The notes: a model not told the origin generated them from the letters alone. 64,000 nt of DNA from Octopus vulgaris (GCA_951406725.2 OX597830.1:26288001-26352000); one strand, 5' to 3'. Counted from the stretch's first letter, positions 29,213-42,820 are shown. Numbers and translations are program-made.

Positions 29213-30626
29213 ATAGTTATCGCCATACTAATATGGCATTCTTATAAAAATAAGAAAAAAGCTGTCCGCTTATTAGCTCCATGAGGCCATCGCCTTAAGT
29301 TAGCTATTTGATACACAAACTGTATCCATATAACCTTCGAACAAGGGAGGTCAGTCGCTCCACACTACTTGACCGGCAGCTACAGACGCGTTTCGGGGTA
29401 TTGCCCTTTTCAATGCAGCGTAGCCAGCCAGTAGGTGTCGCTTCCGACAATCTCTGTTCGATGGTTTTATTTACCTAGTTTCGGTGGAATACATCCACTT
29501 GTTTTCAATAATAGAAATATTAAAATAACTAAGTCTCTCTAAAAGAGAACAGCGGCAGCGTTCCCGGAAAATAATAGTTATCGCCATACTAATAAAACCA
29601 TCGAACAGAGATTGTCGGAAGCGACACCTACTGGCTGGCTACGCTGCATTGAAAAGGGGCAATACCCCGAAACGCGTCTGTAGCTGCCGGTCAAGTAGTG
29701 TGGAGCGACTGACCTCCCTTGTTCGAAGGTTATATGGATACAGTTTGTGTATCAAATAGCTAACTTAAGGCGATGGCCTCATGGAGCTAATAAGCGGACA
29801 GCTTTTTTCTTATTTTTATAAGAATGCCATATTAGTATGGCGATAACTATTATTTTCCGGGAACGCTGCCGCTGTTCTCTTTTAGAGAGACTTAGTTATT
29901 TTAATATTTCTATTATTGAAAACAAGTGGATGTATTCCACCGAAACTAGGTAAATAAAACCATCGAACAGAGATTGTCGGAAGCGACACCTACTGGCTGG
30001 CTACGCTGCATTGAAAAGGGGCAATACCCCGAAACGCGTCTGTAGCTGCCGGTCAAGTAGTGTGGAGCGACTGACCTCCCTTGTTCGAAGGTTATATGGA
30101 TACAGTTTGTGTATCAAATAGATAACTTAAGGCGATGGCCTCATGGAGCTAATAAGCGGACAGCTTTTTTCTTATTTTTATAAGAATGCCATATTAGTAT
30201 GGCGATAACTATTATTTTCCGGGAAGGCTGCCGCTGTTCTCTTTTAGAGAGACTTAGTTATTTTAATATTTCTATTATTGAAAACAAGTGGATGTATTCC
30301 ACCGAAACTAGGTAAATAAAACCATCGAACAGAGATTGTCGGAAGCGACACCTACTGGCTGGCTACGCTGCATTGAAAAGGGGCAATACCCCGAAACGCG
30401 TCTGTAGCTGCCGGTCAAGTAGTGTGGAGCGACTGACCTCCCTTGTTCGAAGGTTATATGGATACAGTTTGTGTATCAAATAGCTAACTTAAGGCGATGG
30501 CCTCATGGAGCTAATAAGCGGACAGCTTTTTTCTTATTTTTATAAGAATGCCATATTAGTATGGCGATAACTATTATTTTCCGGGAACGCTGCCGCTGTT
30601 CTCTTTTAGAGAGACTTAGTTATTTT

Positions 30627-30635
<9 letters not shown>
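29209..30635. mobile_element. Retrozyme/Penelope-like array: about 1.07 inverted units (29209-29594) followed by about 2.9 tandem 362-bp units (29591-30635), each carrying a hammerhead motif
   Basis: The unit start aataaaaccatcgaac recurs at 29591, 29953 and 30315. Copies differ at only a few bases. The inverted unit has a 361-bp period. Flanks are (TA)n and (CT)n(TA)n. Confidence 0.9.
29643..29684 (+). ncRNA. Minimal type I hammerhead ribozyme with U3-A8 core (also at 30005-30046 +, 30367-30408 +, 29379-29419 -)
   Basis: GCTGCA|TTGAAAA|GGGG caata CCCC|GAAA|CGC GTC|TGTAGC: 6-bp stem I (one G-U), 4-bp stem II, palindromic stem III ACGCGT, GUC cleavage triplet. Confidence 0.8.
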
Positions 30636-30716
<81 letters not shown>

Positions 30717-30776
30717 ATATAATATTTATAGACATACACATTCACATATATACATATACATACATACATATGTATG

Positions 30777-30846
<70 letters not shown>

Positions 30847-31002
30847 TAACTGCGTAAAAATCAATACGAAGAGTACTCCATCCAAATACAGTTCAATATT
30901 ACTGAGCATTTCAACTACATATACTTATCGCGTTGCTAATAATTTCCAGTACATCAGGTGCATATATATATATATATATATATGATATTTCTTCTTTTAC
31001 AG

Positions 31003-31182
31003 GGGTCGAGATGCAACTGGATTATTTGAAGGATATCGGTGTGGATGCTATATCTCTGAGTCCCATATTTGATGGAACATCCGTTGACAGCGACCTCAAT
31101 GTTGTCAACCATACGACTATTGACAATAAATTCGGCACTGAAGATGACATTAAGAGCCTTATTGCAGCCGCACACAAAAAAG
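31003..31182 (+). CDS. SLC3-like gene, coding exon 2 (180 nt)
   Basis: cttttacAG|GG ... AAAG|GTaatc, phase 1 to 1. Encodes GVEMQLDYLKDIGVDAISLSPIF..IDNKFGTEDDIKSLIAAAHKK, a typical GH13 segment. Confidence 0.93.
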
Positions 31183-31309
31183 GTAATCAAGTTAATATTG
31201 TAAAAGCAATAGTAAAAGTTGTTGTTCCTGTTGTTATTGTTATTGTTATTATTTGTCTTACACTATGATCTGGTGGAGCAATCCTCTGTTGAAATGAATA
31301 TGAAATTTA

Positions 31310-31455
31310 CAGTCGTAGCCAAAAGTTTGGAACATTTTTTAGAAATTAAACTTGGTATGCCTTAATTAAAAATACATACAACGTATATATTTTGGCATTT
31401 AATACCAAAATTCTAATTTTCTGACCAATGTTCCAAAATTTTGGCCTAGTAATAG
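31310..31455. mobile_element. Tc1-like MITE relic
   Basis: ta|CAGTcgtagccaaaagtttggaacatt ... aatgttccaaaattttggc inverted termini. Confidence 0.5.
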
Positions 31456-31472
31456 TATATTGCGTGGAGGCA

Positions 31473-32329
31473 CATATATGTACAAATTACATCTATATGT
31501 ATATATACATGCATGAGTACAGGACACCACAAATAAACGTAGAACACAACGAGAAACGAAAACATAAAATCATACAAGGAAACGGACTTTTTTTAACAAC
31601 GAAAAAACAGAGTATTTATTATATTGTTATTATATGACCGAACGCACGCGTTGTTTCTCTTCTGCAAGTAAGTTTTTATTTGAATAATCATGACGCGCAC
31701 TCTTACTCTTTACTTGACCTTTCCTCCCTGCCTGTCTGTCTTCCTCTCTACTTGTCTCTCTCCTTATTTTTCACCCTTTCTGGTTTCTTCCCCCCCCCCT
31801 CTCTCTCTCTCTCTCTCTTTCTCTCTTCTCCTCCTCTCTCTGGCCGTTGACCGGAGTGCTACTAAAACTTTCTTTCAACTCGTGCTTTCAACAAGCATAC
31901 ATCGACTTCTCTGTCTTTCGCAAGCCGATTTTTCACATGCGTTCGCACTAATTTTTCCACCGTCTTGGCCTAAAAAAGCCCTTATTGTTGGTTTCCTTGT
32001 CCTGTTATTCTTTATATGTACTGTTTTTTCTTTTTTTTTTCTTCATTTGTATTGCTTTTACGTCCTGTTCTTGTCACTTGTTTTATCCCTCTGCAAAAGA
32101 ATTTTATTTAATTCCTTTTGCAGGAAGGATAGTTTCAGCCTGGCCGTGTTCTGCCCTTACCTTCGAAACACGCATTGAGTCGAACCAGGGGCAGCTGATG
32201 AAGGGGAATTTTCCTTGTATTGTTTGTCCTGTACTCTGTTTTTTCGTTGTTAAAAAAAAGTCCGTTTCCTTGTTTGATTTTATGTTCTCGTTTCTCGTTG
32301 TGTTCTACGTTTATTTGTGGTGTCCTGTA

Positions 32330-32383
<54 letters not shown>

Positions 32384-32504
32384 TGTATATATACATATAG
32401 ATGTAAGTATGTACATATATGTATGTATATATGCATATGTTTTATTTATTTATTATATTGTTATTATATGACCGAACGCACGCGTTGTTTCTCTTCTCCA
32501 AGTA

Positions 32505-32510
<6 letters not shown>
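31473..32510. mobile_element. Non-autonomous Penelope-like element with inverted 5' copy and terminal direct repeat
   Basis: About 31473-31614 is the reverse complement of about 32231-32420. About 31615-31678 recurs directly at about 32449-32510. The element ends at (TA)n. Confidence 0.7.
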
Positions 32511-32558
<48 letters not shown>

Positions 32559-34130
32559 ACAAGTTTAATTTCCTAAAGTGAAGTTAACTGCTCCACATCG
32601 AGCGAAAGTGCTATATTGGCGATCCAATTTTGCTTGAAATTCTTGCTCATCAGTATAACAACTCCATCGCTGATTCTCCATAAGAATCTTAATTCGTTTG
32701 GTAAATTCTATATACTGGAAGGTAGGATTTGGCTTAAATGTCAGCGATGGAGTGTTCCCATTGGTGAGCTTTAATTTCTAGCAGAGTTAACTCCCCTGTC
32801 AGTACACGGACTCGTGCTATGTTTGTGGCTATAATGATCTCTAACTCTTGTTTCTAGCAAAATCGGTGCTTTCCTGCACCGCCAGTCACTATTAGTAACA
32901 GCTGAATGTGTCCTTTTTTGGTTTTATACTGCGTTTAGCTACCTTTATTATTTTATATATATTTATGGATATGTGTGCGTGGGCGTATTTCCCCCACCCC
33001 ACCCCAACCACACACATATTGCATGTATTGCCGCTATTGTTTTCTAGTATGTCTGCTTCTTTGCCATATGCGTTCGTATACCGCAGCTCGTAAAGTTACT
33101 TGCAAATATAGGTCATCGCAATAAACTCATTTCGTAATGGCTTTTGACAATATAGTTTCTTAAAGAAATATAGCACAGTAAAGTGGAAGACATTTTAATG
33201 ACATGTCATTCATTGAAATTAATAACGAATATGTTATTGAGATTATTTGTGATTAACAGTATGCTGTTATGATCCATTCCACGATTCGCCACTATTCACT
33301 CAGGTCTTTTAAACAGCTCTTTTTGCCTTTCCTAACAAGTTTTCACCTCACTTCTTTTATACAACGCTTTCTTTGACATGGAATGAAAAGAACCCATGCT
33401 ACAACAGCGCATTGAGAGATTTTAATCGACCAAATCGTCTCCAATGTTTTTTTAATTTTTGAAGTCTGACATTTAACAGCCTGCTATGTCCAACCGTTTA
33501 ATTACGGGAACGTAAACAAAGCAACGCAAGTTGTCAAATAGTGGAAGGAACATTAACACAAAGAGGCACATGACACTTTGACGGAGCCGTTTTGGTGCCA
33601 CTTATTTAGCGACCCTGGTTTCAGGTTGACTTGTTTGATATCAGACTTTTTTGATGTTTGTCTTGTTTAAATGTTACTCTTATTCTCTATCTCAATTCCT
33701 CCCTCTCTTCTCTGCTCCCTGTCTGTCTATTTGTCTGTCTGTCTATTTGTCTGTCTGTCTCTGTCTCTGTATGAGGAGATAGAGTGAGCTTGTGTCATTC
33801 ATGTTCAATGAATAAATTATAATGTCTCTCTCTCTTTTCTCCTTCTGCCCTTCCTCTCTCTCCCTCTCCCCCCATCTCCCCCCCCCCCCATCACTCTCTC
33901 TCTCTCTGTATGTGACGAGACGTTTACGTGGCGTGTTTGCCTCAATCGCCGAAAGATACTGTCGCAAAATCAGGTTTTCTATCCAGTCAACCGTGTCAAA
34001 TTGTTAACACTCAAACAGCTGCGCCCGATCGACTCATTCTGAAAACAAAGACATGCACACACACACACTACACACACACACCACACACACACCACACACA
34101 CACCACACACACACACACACACACACCACA

Positions 34131-34181
<51 letters not shown>

Positions 34182-34704
34182 CGTGTGCGTGTGATTGTTT
34201 CGACTTCTGATATCCTGCTTCCGGTGGCATTTCCATTAAAAAACAACAACAAAAACAATGTTACGTTATTGGCACACTATTGTCATACCATTGCCACAGT
34301 ATTGCAACCAATTTTGTAATACGGTTCCTCATTTAACTGATTTTTCCTCAGTCGTCCGTTTTGGAAAACATGAAATTTTGTTCATGTTTCTTTTTACTTT
34401 AGTCCTTAAGCAGCATCCTGACCCATACTTTAGGAAATATTTGATGTTTACTTTCATTCAATGTTTCCTTCATACACGATGGCCATCGGAGATTAAACTG
34501 AATGTAGCGTGATGTAGATGGGAACATTTAAGAAGGGTTTCTTCTATAAATATTAAGTTAAGACCTTATCATCTTTTCACTTCCTTCAGTCATTAGACTG
34601 CGACCTTTCTGGAGCACCACGCTGAAGGGTCTAGTTGACTAAATCGACCACGATACTTTATTCTGCCGGCCTTTTTTCGCGCAACGGCTAAATTACAGAA
34701 TTTA

Positions 34705-34861
34705 AGGAGTGGCTGTGTGGTAAGTAGCTTGCTTACCAACCACATGGTTCCGGGTTCAGTCCCACTGCGTGGCACCTTGGGCAAGTGTCTTCTACTATAG
34801 CCTCGGACCGACCAAAGCCGTGTGAGTGGATTTGATAGACGGAAACTGAAAGATGCCTGTC

Positions 34862-34913
<52 letters not shown>

Positions 34914-35185
34914 GTATGTATGTATGTATGTATGCATGTATGCATGTATGTGTGTGTGTACGCGCGTTTGTGTCTGTGTTTGACCCCCACCCCACCCCAA
35001 CATCGCTTGACAACCGATGCTGGTGTGTTTACGTCCCCGTAACTCAGTGGTTCGGCAAAAGAGACAGATAGAATAAGTATTAGGCTAACAAGGAATAAGT
35101 CCTCGGGTCGAGTTGTTCGACTAAAAGTGGTGCTCCAGCATGGCCGCAGTCATATGACTGAAACAAGTAAAAGAAAGAATAAAGA
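34705..35185 (+). mobile_element. SINE family A
   Basis: Same head, core and tail as the other copies. Confidence 0.85.
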
Positions 35186-36250
35186 AAGAAAAAACCAATA
35201 ATGGTTTGTTTTAGTTCCGTAACACAAACACAAAGAAACATACACACGCACGTACACACACACACACGCACGTACACACATACACACCACACACAAAGAA
35301 ACAGACACAAACACACGCACACGTACACATACACAAACACACATATATATTTATATATATATTTCTTTACTACCCACAAGGGGCTAAACACAGAGGGGAC
35401 AAACAAGGAGAGACAAACGGATTAAGTCGATTACATCGACCCCAGTGCGTAACTGGTACTTAATTTATCGACCCCGAAAGGATGAAAGGCAAAGTCGACC
35501 TCGGCGGAATTTGAACTCGGAACGTAACGACAGACGAAATACGGTTACGCAGGTCGCCCAGCTAACGTTTCTGCCAGCTCGCCGCCTTTTAATATATATT
35601 TATATATATGAAGGGCTTCCTCACTGTTTCCGCCCAGTAAATCCGCTCACAAGCCACTTGTTAGCTCGGGGCTATAGTAGAAGACACTTGCCCAAAGTGC
35701 CGGATTGTTGGATTCGACCTGAAACCACGTTGTGGCAAAGAGGACTTCTTAACCTCAAAACCATGCTTATGTCTAATGATCAAAACATTTATAATTGTTT
35801 TAATAATTCATTTCTCAGACAGTTAGACCATTACTTATTAAGTGAAGACTAACGTACGTAATGCAATGGGCCGAAGATTCGTAATTATTCAGTTATTACT
35901 TCACTTGGGATGGAAGAGAAAATTCATTACACGTAATGATGAACGCTTATAAATAAAATCACGAAAGACGATTCAGAAATCCTTCAATTAAAAATTAATC
36001 TAAGAATCGAAACTAATTAAAAATTGAATGGCGATGTAAAGTAGTGAATTAGTGTGATTATGATCTTGTATGGGGGTAATTCTGCCGGTGTTTCGGTTTA
36101 ATTAAACCTCCTCAGTACATTAAAATTAGTTTAAATTCTAGAATTATTTCTCTTGCCATTCTTGGTATAAATCAATCAGTATGGTACAGACTAATCATTA
36201 ATATAATTATTGCGACTATAATTCCAATTAATTAATGCATTTTTCGTTTT

Positions 36251-36294
<44 letters not shown>

Positions 36295-36958
36295 CCTTTT
36301 ATTGAGTTTGCAGTTCACCGTCTGGCGATTGTCTTGGAGGTGTCCTGTGTCAAAAAATATCATTCGTAGCAGACGTTTTCTCGACATCGTTCACACGCGC
36401 CTGACTCGGGCTCAGAAATAACAGAGTTGTTATCTATAATCGTAATAATTAAAAGTAATCCAAATTCAATGTTTTCCCGAAAAAATAAATTTCTATAGAG
36501 ATTAAGATTTAAATTCCATTCTATGAAAAGTTTCCATTCTACAATATTCTTAAAGGAAGGAAAAATTATCCAGCGACTCAGGCCAATACGAGCGAGCGTG
36601 GTAGGTGTAAAAGATTAACTGGCATCTCTTGTCAAGTGTACAGGTGACAGATCGCTGACGTTTGTTGTGTGCTGCTGTCGTTATTCGATTGCTGTTACTC
36701 TGTGCGTCTGTTTGTAAAGATCGGTTGTATTTTTCCTTAATTTTACCATTAAATTAGAAATGGAGAAAGACATAGTGCTAGATATTGAAAAAAAAAGGCC
36801 ATTTGAAGCTAGAAATAAAGCGGAAAAACGTGAAATTCTTCGAGCAGGCATGTGTCTTATAAGAAATCTGTGATGAGCGCTGATGACCTGGAGTCACCTC
36901 TGATGTATATATGTATATATATCTGTGTGTGTGTGTATGCACGTACAAATGGATGTAC

Positions 36959-36989
<31 letters not shown>

Positions 36990-37039
36990 TGTATGTATGT
37001 ATGTATGTATGTTTGTATGAATGCATATATATATATATA

Positions 37040-37098
<59 letters not shown>

Positions 37099-37100
<2 letters not shown>

Positions 37101-37508
37101 TCCTTTACTCTTTTACTTGTTTCAGTCATTTAACTGTGGCCATGCTGGAGCACCACCTTTAGTCGAGCAAATCGACCCCAGGACTTCTTCTTTGTAAGCC
37201 TAGTACTTATTCTATCGGTCTCTTTTGCCGAACCGCTAAGTTACGGTGACGTAAACACACCAGCATCGATTGTCAAGCGATGTTGAAGAGACAAACACAG
37301 ACACACAAACATATATACAAACACACATACATATACATACACACATATACATATATACCACGGGCTTCTTTCAGTTTCCGTCTACCAAACCCACTCACAA
37401 GGCTTTGGTCGGCCCGAGGCGACAGTAGAAGACACTCGCCCAAAGTGCCACGCAGTGGGACTGAACCCGGAACCATGTGGTGCGTAAGCAAGCTACTTAC
37501 CATACAGC
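37099..37508 (-). mobile_element. SINE family A
   Basis: Reverse complement of the family consensus. Confidence 0.85.
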
Positions 37509-37672
37509 TACTATAAGCATATGTGTATATGTCTGAGAGAGTGAGAGAGACCGGGAAGAAGAGTGAGAATGAGTATGTTGGCAGATGAGGAACAACTACT
37601 GAGATCCAACATTATCACTGTTGCTAATACCCCCATCACTACTACCATTTATAATGTATCCTTACTAATAAA

Positions 37673-37727
<55 letters not shown>

Positions 37728-37743
37728 TGTCAACATTTTCCAG

Positions 37744-37883
37744 GTATATACGTGGTACTTGATTTTATTCCTAACCAAACAAGTAAAAAACATGCGTGGT
37801 TCGTGGAAAGCAACAAAGCTGATCCTGGAGACAAAAAAAACTACTATGTATGGAAAGCAGGTTCAAGTTTGCCAAATAACTGG
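37744..37883 (+). CDS. SLC3-like gene, coding exon 3 (140 nt)
   Basis: ttttccAG|GT ... TGG|GTaaag, phase 1 to 0. Encodes GIYVVLDFIPNQTSKKHAWF..YYVW..LPNNW (GH13 conserved region I and domain B). Confidence 0.93.
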
Positions 37884-37940
37884 GTAAAGTACAGTTTTCT
37901 TGTTGCTGCTGTTGTTGTTGTTGTTGTTGTTGTTCTTCTT

Positions 37941-38033
<93 letters not shown>

Positions 38034-38034
<1 letters not shown>

Positions 38035-38346
38035 TATGTTTGACTTTTGCTTTATGTCTGTACAAGTTGGCTCCAAGTCTCACCCAGAGAACTCAAGAGA
38101 CAACAGGCTGGAAGTTCTGTGCCATATATTTGGGGGTTTTTTTTGTTTTTTTTTGGTGTTGTACTAGTGAATGTCTAATGCATAAAAAAAAAAAATTTTT
38201 TAAAAAAGAATAAAAAAAAAGTTTGTGTTAAACCTTGGGATTACATAGAGAGTATTTTGCGTAGGATATGAGCACTATCTTTTGAATTTCTGCCATTTTG
38301 GGGTTTCCTGGTATCTGAGTTAGGTAGCAATCAGTCCCTTTCGCTA
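38034..38346 (-). mobile_element. Short 3' fragment of the same R4/Dong-like element
   Basis: Near-identical to the 3' end of 38472-38820, with deletions. The 3' end lies in (TAA)n. Confidence 0.85.
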
Positions 38347-38354
38347 TTCTTCTT

Positions 38355-38467
<113 letters not shown>

Positions 38468-38471
38468 CATT

Positions 38472-40221
38472 CTATGTTTGACTTTTGCTTTATATTTGTA
38501 CAAGTTGGCTCCAGGTCTCACCCAGAGACCTCAAGAGACAACAGGCTGGAAGTCCACGTTGTTGTTATGCCTAGGGTGCCATATACTTGGGGTTTCTTTG
38601 GTGTTGTACTAATGAATGTCTAACAAATAAATAAATAAATAAATAAAATAAAAAAACATTAAAAATAAATGAAATAAAAATGGTTTGTTTTAAACCTTGA
38701 GATTACATAGAAAGTATTTTACGTAAGATATGAGCAGTTCCCATGAGCACTATCTTTTGAATTTCTGCCATTTTGGGGTTTCCTGGTATCTGAGTTAGGT
38801 AGCAATCAGCCCCTTTCGCTATCATTCCCAGGGCACCTATGACAACAGGTATTGTTTTAGTCTTCAGCTTCCACATTTTGCTAATTTCTATTTCAAGATC
38901 TTTATATTTGCTCAGTTTTTGGTAGGTCTCGACAGATACGTTTATATCGATTGGGACAGTCATATCAATGAGGAGGCATGTTCTTTGTCTGAAGTCTTTC
39001 AATATGATGTCTGGCCTATTTGCATCTATCTTTCTGTCAGTTTGAATGGTGAAGTTCCAGAGGAGTGAGATGTGGTCATTTTCAAGCACTGGAGGTGGTT
39101 TGTGTTCCCACCAGTTTTTTTCATGGGGCAAATCCAGGTTTTTGCAAATTACCCAGTGAATATATTGTGCAGCTCTATCATGCCTGTTGAGATAGTCTGT
39201 AGGCGCTAGAAGACTGCACTTGGAGACAACATGATCAATGGTTTCATTTTGTTGTTGACATACACGACATGTTGGGCTACTGCCGTTCTTTGATATGTTG
39301 GCCTGGTAGTTTCTTGCTGGTATGCATTGATCTTGAGCTGCTATGATAAACCCCTCTGTTTCAGATTTTAAGCCCGAGGCCATTATCCGTTGATGGGTCA
39401 AAGCTTTGTCAATATCTGCATTATTCGCTCTCTTTGGGTATTTGCCATAGAGAGGTTTTTCTTGCCATTTATCATTCAGAATATCTAAGGCCGCAGTTTT
39501 AGCACGGGTTTTCATGCGCTTAGCTTTTTCTGTGCTTGTTTCTTGCGTGTCTATCTCTAATTCCGAAATTTGTTGTATTCGGAATTCACTTAGGTATTCC
39601 TTTGCCTGTTTTGTTACTGAGTATGATGCTTTCTTGTTTTCATGTTTTGAGACAAGTTTTAACATCCAGTCCTCAGACTTTTTCAGGTAGGTGTTTAGGC
39701 CAATTGTAGCAATCTTCATTATTATTGCCAGTTGTAAAAGACCACGGCCTACCTCTTTTCTTGGCAGATAAAGTCGTTCTGTATCTGCCTTAGGGTGGTG
39801 CATTCATATTTTTCTGTCAAGCTGACATATTTCAGTTAACGATATTGAAACTGTAAGTCACGACTGGTATTGCTAATGCATTGATCGCTTCGATCCTGTT
39901 TCTTGCATTCAGCTCTGTCTTGAGTATTGCTCTCACTCTTCGATAACATTCTCTCCTGATCCTTTCCTCCATCTCTGAATGCCTTATTTTGAGAGAGGTA
40001 TTAAGGCTAAACAAAAGAGAAGTGGTGATAGTGAGTCACCCTGGAAAATGCCACATGAACTTTTTACATCACTAGCATTTAGAGATTCATTGTCACTGTT
40101 CAAAGTTAGTGTGGTTCTCCATGATCTCATACTTACAGTCAAAAAGTTTCGCAGAGTAGGTGCTATCTTATACATTTCCAGGCATTTCTTAATCCAGTTA
40201 TGTGGTAGGCTATCAAAAGCG
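38472..40221 (-). mobile_element. R4/Dong-like non-LTR retrotransposon (RT remnants, CCHC, restriction-like endonuclease), internally deleted
   Basis: AFDSLPH and GIFQGDSLSPLLF (RT); CRVC..ETIDHVVSKC, RHD, NRPDI, KLSKY (RLE). The 3' end runs into (TAA)n. Confidence 0.88.
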
Positions 40222-40243
40222 AACTGAAAGAAATCCTGTCGTG

Positions 40244-40299
<56 letters not shown>

Positions 40300-40444
40300 T
40301 ACATACATGCATATGTATAAAGTATTGGTGTCTATTTGACTAAAAGTTCAAGGTGGTGCCCCAGCAAGGTTGCAGTCTATATATATGCACAAATATATAT
40401 ACACATACACACATGCATACACATATTGAACTTCACTTTGTGCT

Positions 40445-40489
<45 letters not shown>

Positions 40490-40531
40490 ATATTTCGGAA
40501 TGATATTGCATTTAGCCAATAAAAATCTTGC

Positions 40532-40581
<50 letters not shown>

Positions 40582-41466
40582 TATATATATTTATAAATTA
40601 TATATATATACATATATACACATATATATATGTAATGTGAAATAATAGTTTCACTATGTATTATTATTATATACGTAGTGAAACCATATAAAAGTGAAAC
40701 TATTACATCACGTTACAATAGAGATGTTATTGTTTCACTTTTGACACGTAATACCGAAACAGTCTAAGAGTTTGCTCCAGGCTCGCGTTATACAAGAAAT
40801 TGAAAATCGTTTTGGCCCATGACACTCCATGGAACCTATGTAGTGCATGTGTAAAATTCGAATGAAATCGGTCGGGTAGTTCTCGAGTTTTAGTGATGCA
40901 CACATACAGACAGACACATTCCCAGTTTATATATGTATATATATATGTGTGTGTATGTGTGTGTGTGCGTGTGTGTGTCAAAAGTGGTGACCTGGCAGAA
41001 TCGTTGATTCGCTGGGCAAAATGCTAAGCGGCATGTCGTCCGTGTTTACGTTCTGAGTTCAAATTCCACCGTTGTCGACTTTGCCTTTCATCCTATCATG
41101 GTCGATAAAATAAGCATCAGTTGAACCCTTGGATCGAAGTAATCGAATTACCTCCTCCCCTGAAGGTGCTGGCCTTGTGCCAATATTTGAAATCGATATC
41201 TGTGCGTGCGCGCAGGCGCGCGCGTGAGTGTGCATGTGTGTTTGCATATGTAGATGCCGCGGGCGTGGCTGTGCGATAAGAAGTTTGCTTCCCAACCATA
41301 TGGTTTCGGGTTCAGTGGCACTGCGTGACAGTTTGGTTAAGTGGCTTCTACTATAGAATCAGACAGGCCAAACTGAAAGAAGCTCGTCGTATGTATATAT
41401 ATTGATTGATTGATTGATTCTAGTTTCAGCTCATGAGCTGTGGCCATGCTGGGGCACCGCCATTTG

Positions 41467-41548
<82 letters not shown>

Positions 41549-41549
41549 G

Positions 41550-41641
<92 letters not shown>

Positions 41642-41733
41642 TATATATATATATATATGTATATATATGTGTGAGCACCGCCAGCAATTTTTTTTCCTCT
41701 GTCTTCCCTTCTCGGGATCTTTCCTTCTCCTTT

Positions 41734-41768
41734 GTTTCCGACGAAGAGCTCCGCTCGAAACGTTAAAC
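41734..41768 (+). ncRNA. Minimal hammerhead motif (identical copy at 43582-43616)
   Basis: GTTT|CCGACGA|A GAGC tcc GCTC|GAAA|C GTT|AAAC. Stem III is a loopless ACGT palindrome. It lies in a ~170-bp repeat (about 41690-41866 and 43535-43714) that ends at (TA)n. Confidence 0.6.
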
Positions 41769-41861
41769 CCTCCTTCTTCCCTTCTTCCCTGAGCGTCCAA
41801 TAATACTTTATTTGTTCCACGTCCTCGCGTTGCTGTGTTTTTTGTGTTTTCTTGTTTGGAT

Positions 41862-41972
<111 letters not shown>

Positions 41973-41978
41973 GTATTA

Positions 41979-42014
<36 letters not shown>

Positions 42015-42149
42015 TGTATGTATGTATGTATGTATTATAACAAAAGGCAGGTGTTTCCACACAGGAAAAAATATAGGAAAATGTGTTGTTGAAAATGCAC
42101 CTAAATTTCAAAAACTCGCAAATATTTAAAATACATTTATTTACATATA

Positions 42150-42191
42150 TACCAAACTAGTTTCAACAATATTTTTTGTTTATCAATGGTA
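42150..42191 (-). ncRNA. Hammerhead motif, U3-A8 core (inverted mutated copy at 43876-43917 +)
   Basis: Minus strand reads TACCA|TTGATAA|acaa aaaata ttgtt|GAAA|cta GTT|TGGTA, with palindrome ACTAGT. Confidence 0.55.
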
Positions 42192-42689
42192 AAAGTTTAA
42201 AATCAGAAAAAACGTCTTTAAAAGTTTCAATGTTGACAAATTAAAATGTTTCAATGTTGATAAATTAACATGTTCAAAACAGAAGGTGCAAGTTTGAATG
42301 TTCATAGCAGTCAATAAAATTAAAACTGTATATCAGTTTGTTTGAATGTACAAAGTTCATTAATTTTAGTGGTGATCGACAAGTCATACTGAGAAAAACA
42401 AGTGTGAAATGAAATAGTAAAAGAAGAGAATTTAGTTTTCAGTTTTCTCAGATCCTCTTCTAATACACGATTTCGCTTGTAGTGGTATGTTTTGGGATCA
42501 GATGAATGTATAATTTTTTTTCCGCGAGCGGATCTGATTCTTGATTCGTTAAAATTCTGGTGACGTTTTTTCTTCCGTAGTCAAGCTTGTCGTTCTGCTT
42601 GGCTGGTTTCCTTGTGGATATGTCATTCCGGTTGGTTGGTTGGTTCTCTTAATGGGTAATTTCGTTGTATTTGCTGAAGTTCGGTTTTG

Positions 42690-42820
42690 ATTGGTCTGGA
42701 GTTAGGTGAGGTCAGCAACTCGTGTTTGTAGAATTTCATTGGACTGGAGGTGGGTGAGGTCAGCAACTGGAGTTTATAGAATTTCATTGGACTGGAGGTG
42801 GGTGAGGTCAGCAATTGGTG
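42690..42820. repeat. 48-bp tandem repeat, about 2.7 copies
   Basis: gaggtcagcaa occurs at 42708, 42756 and 42804. It reads LLTSPTSSPMKFYK in the minus-strand ORF. Confidence 0.8.

Noticed and set aside
29209-30635. CRISPR array or ordinary satellite interpretation of the 362-bp repeats
   Set aside because: There are no unique spacers or cas genes and the context is eukaryotic. The inversion and hammerhead motifs favour retrotransposition.
32150-32210. Permuted (type II) hammerhead CCTTCGAAAC...GTC...CTGATGAAGG, with similar motifs at about 15090-15136 and 55620-55670(-)
   Set aside because: No stem I can form between the triplet and CUGAUGA, and an alternative hairpin fits better.
40725-40935. 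Helitron-like non-autonomous end
   Set aside because: There is only one copy and the resemblance is from memory. The termini could not be defined.
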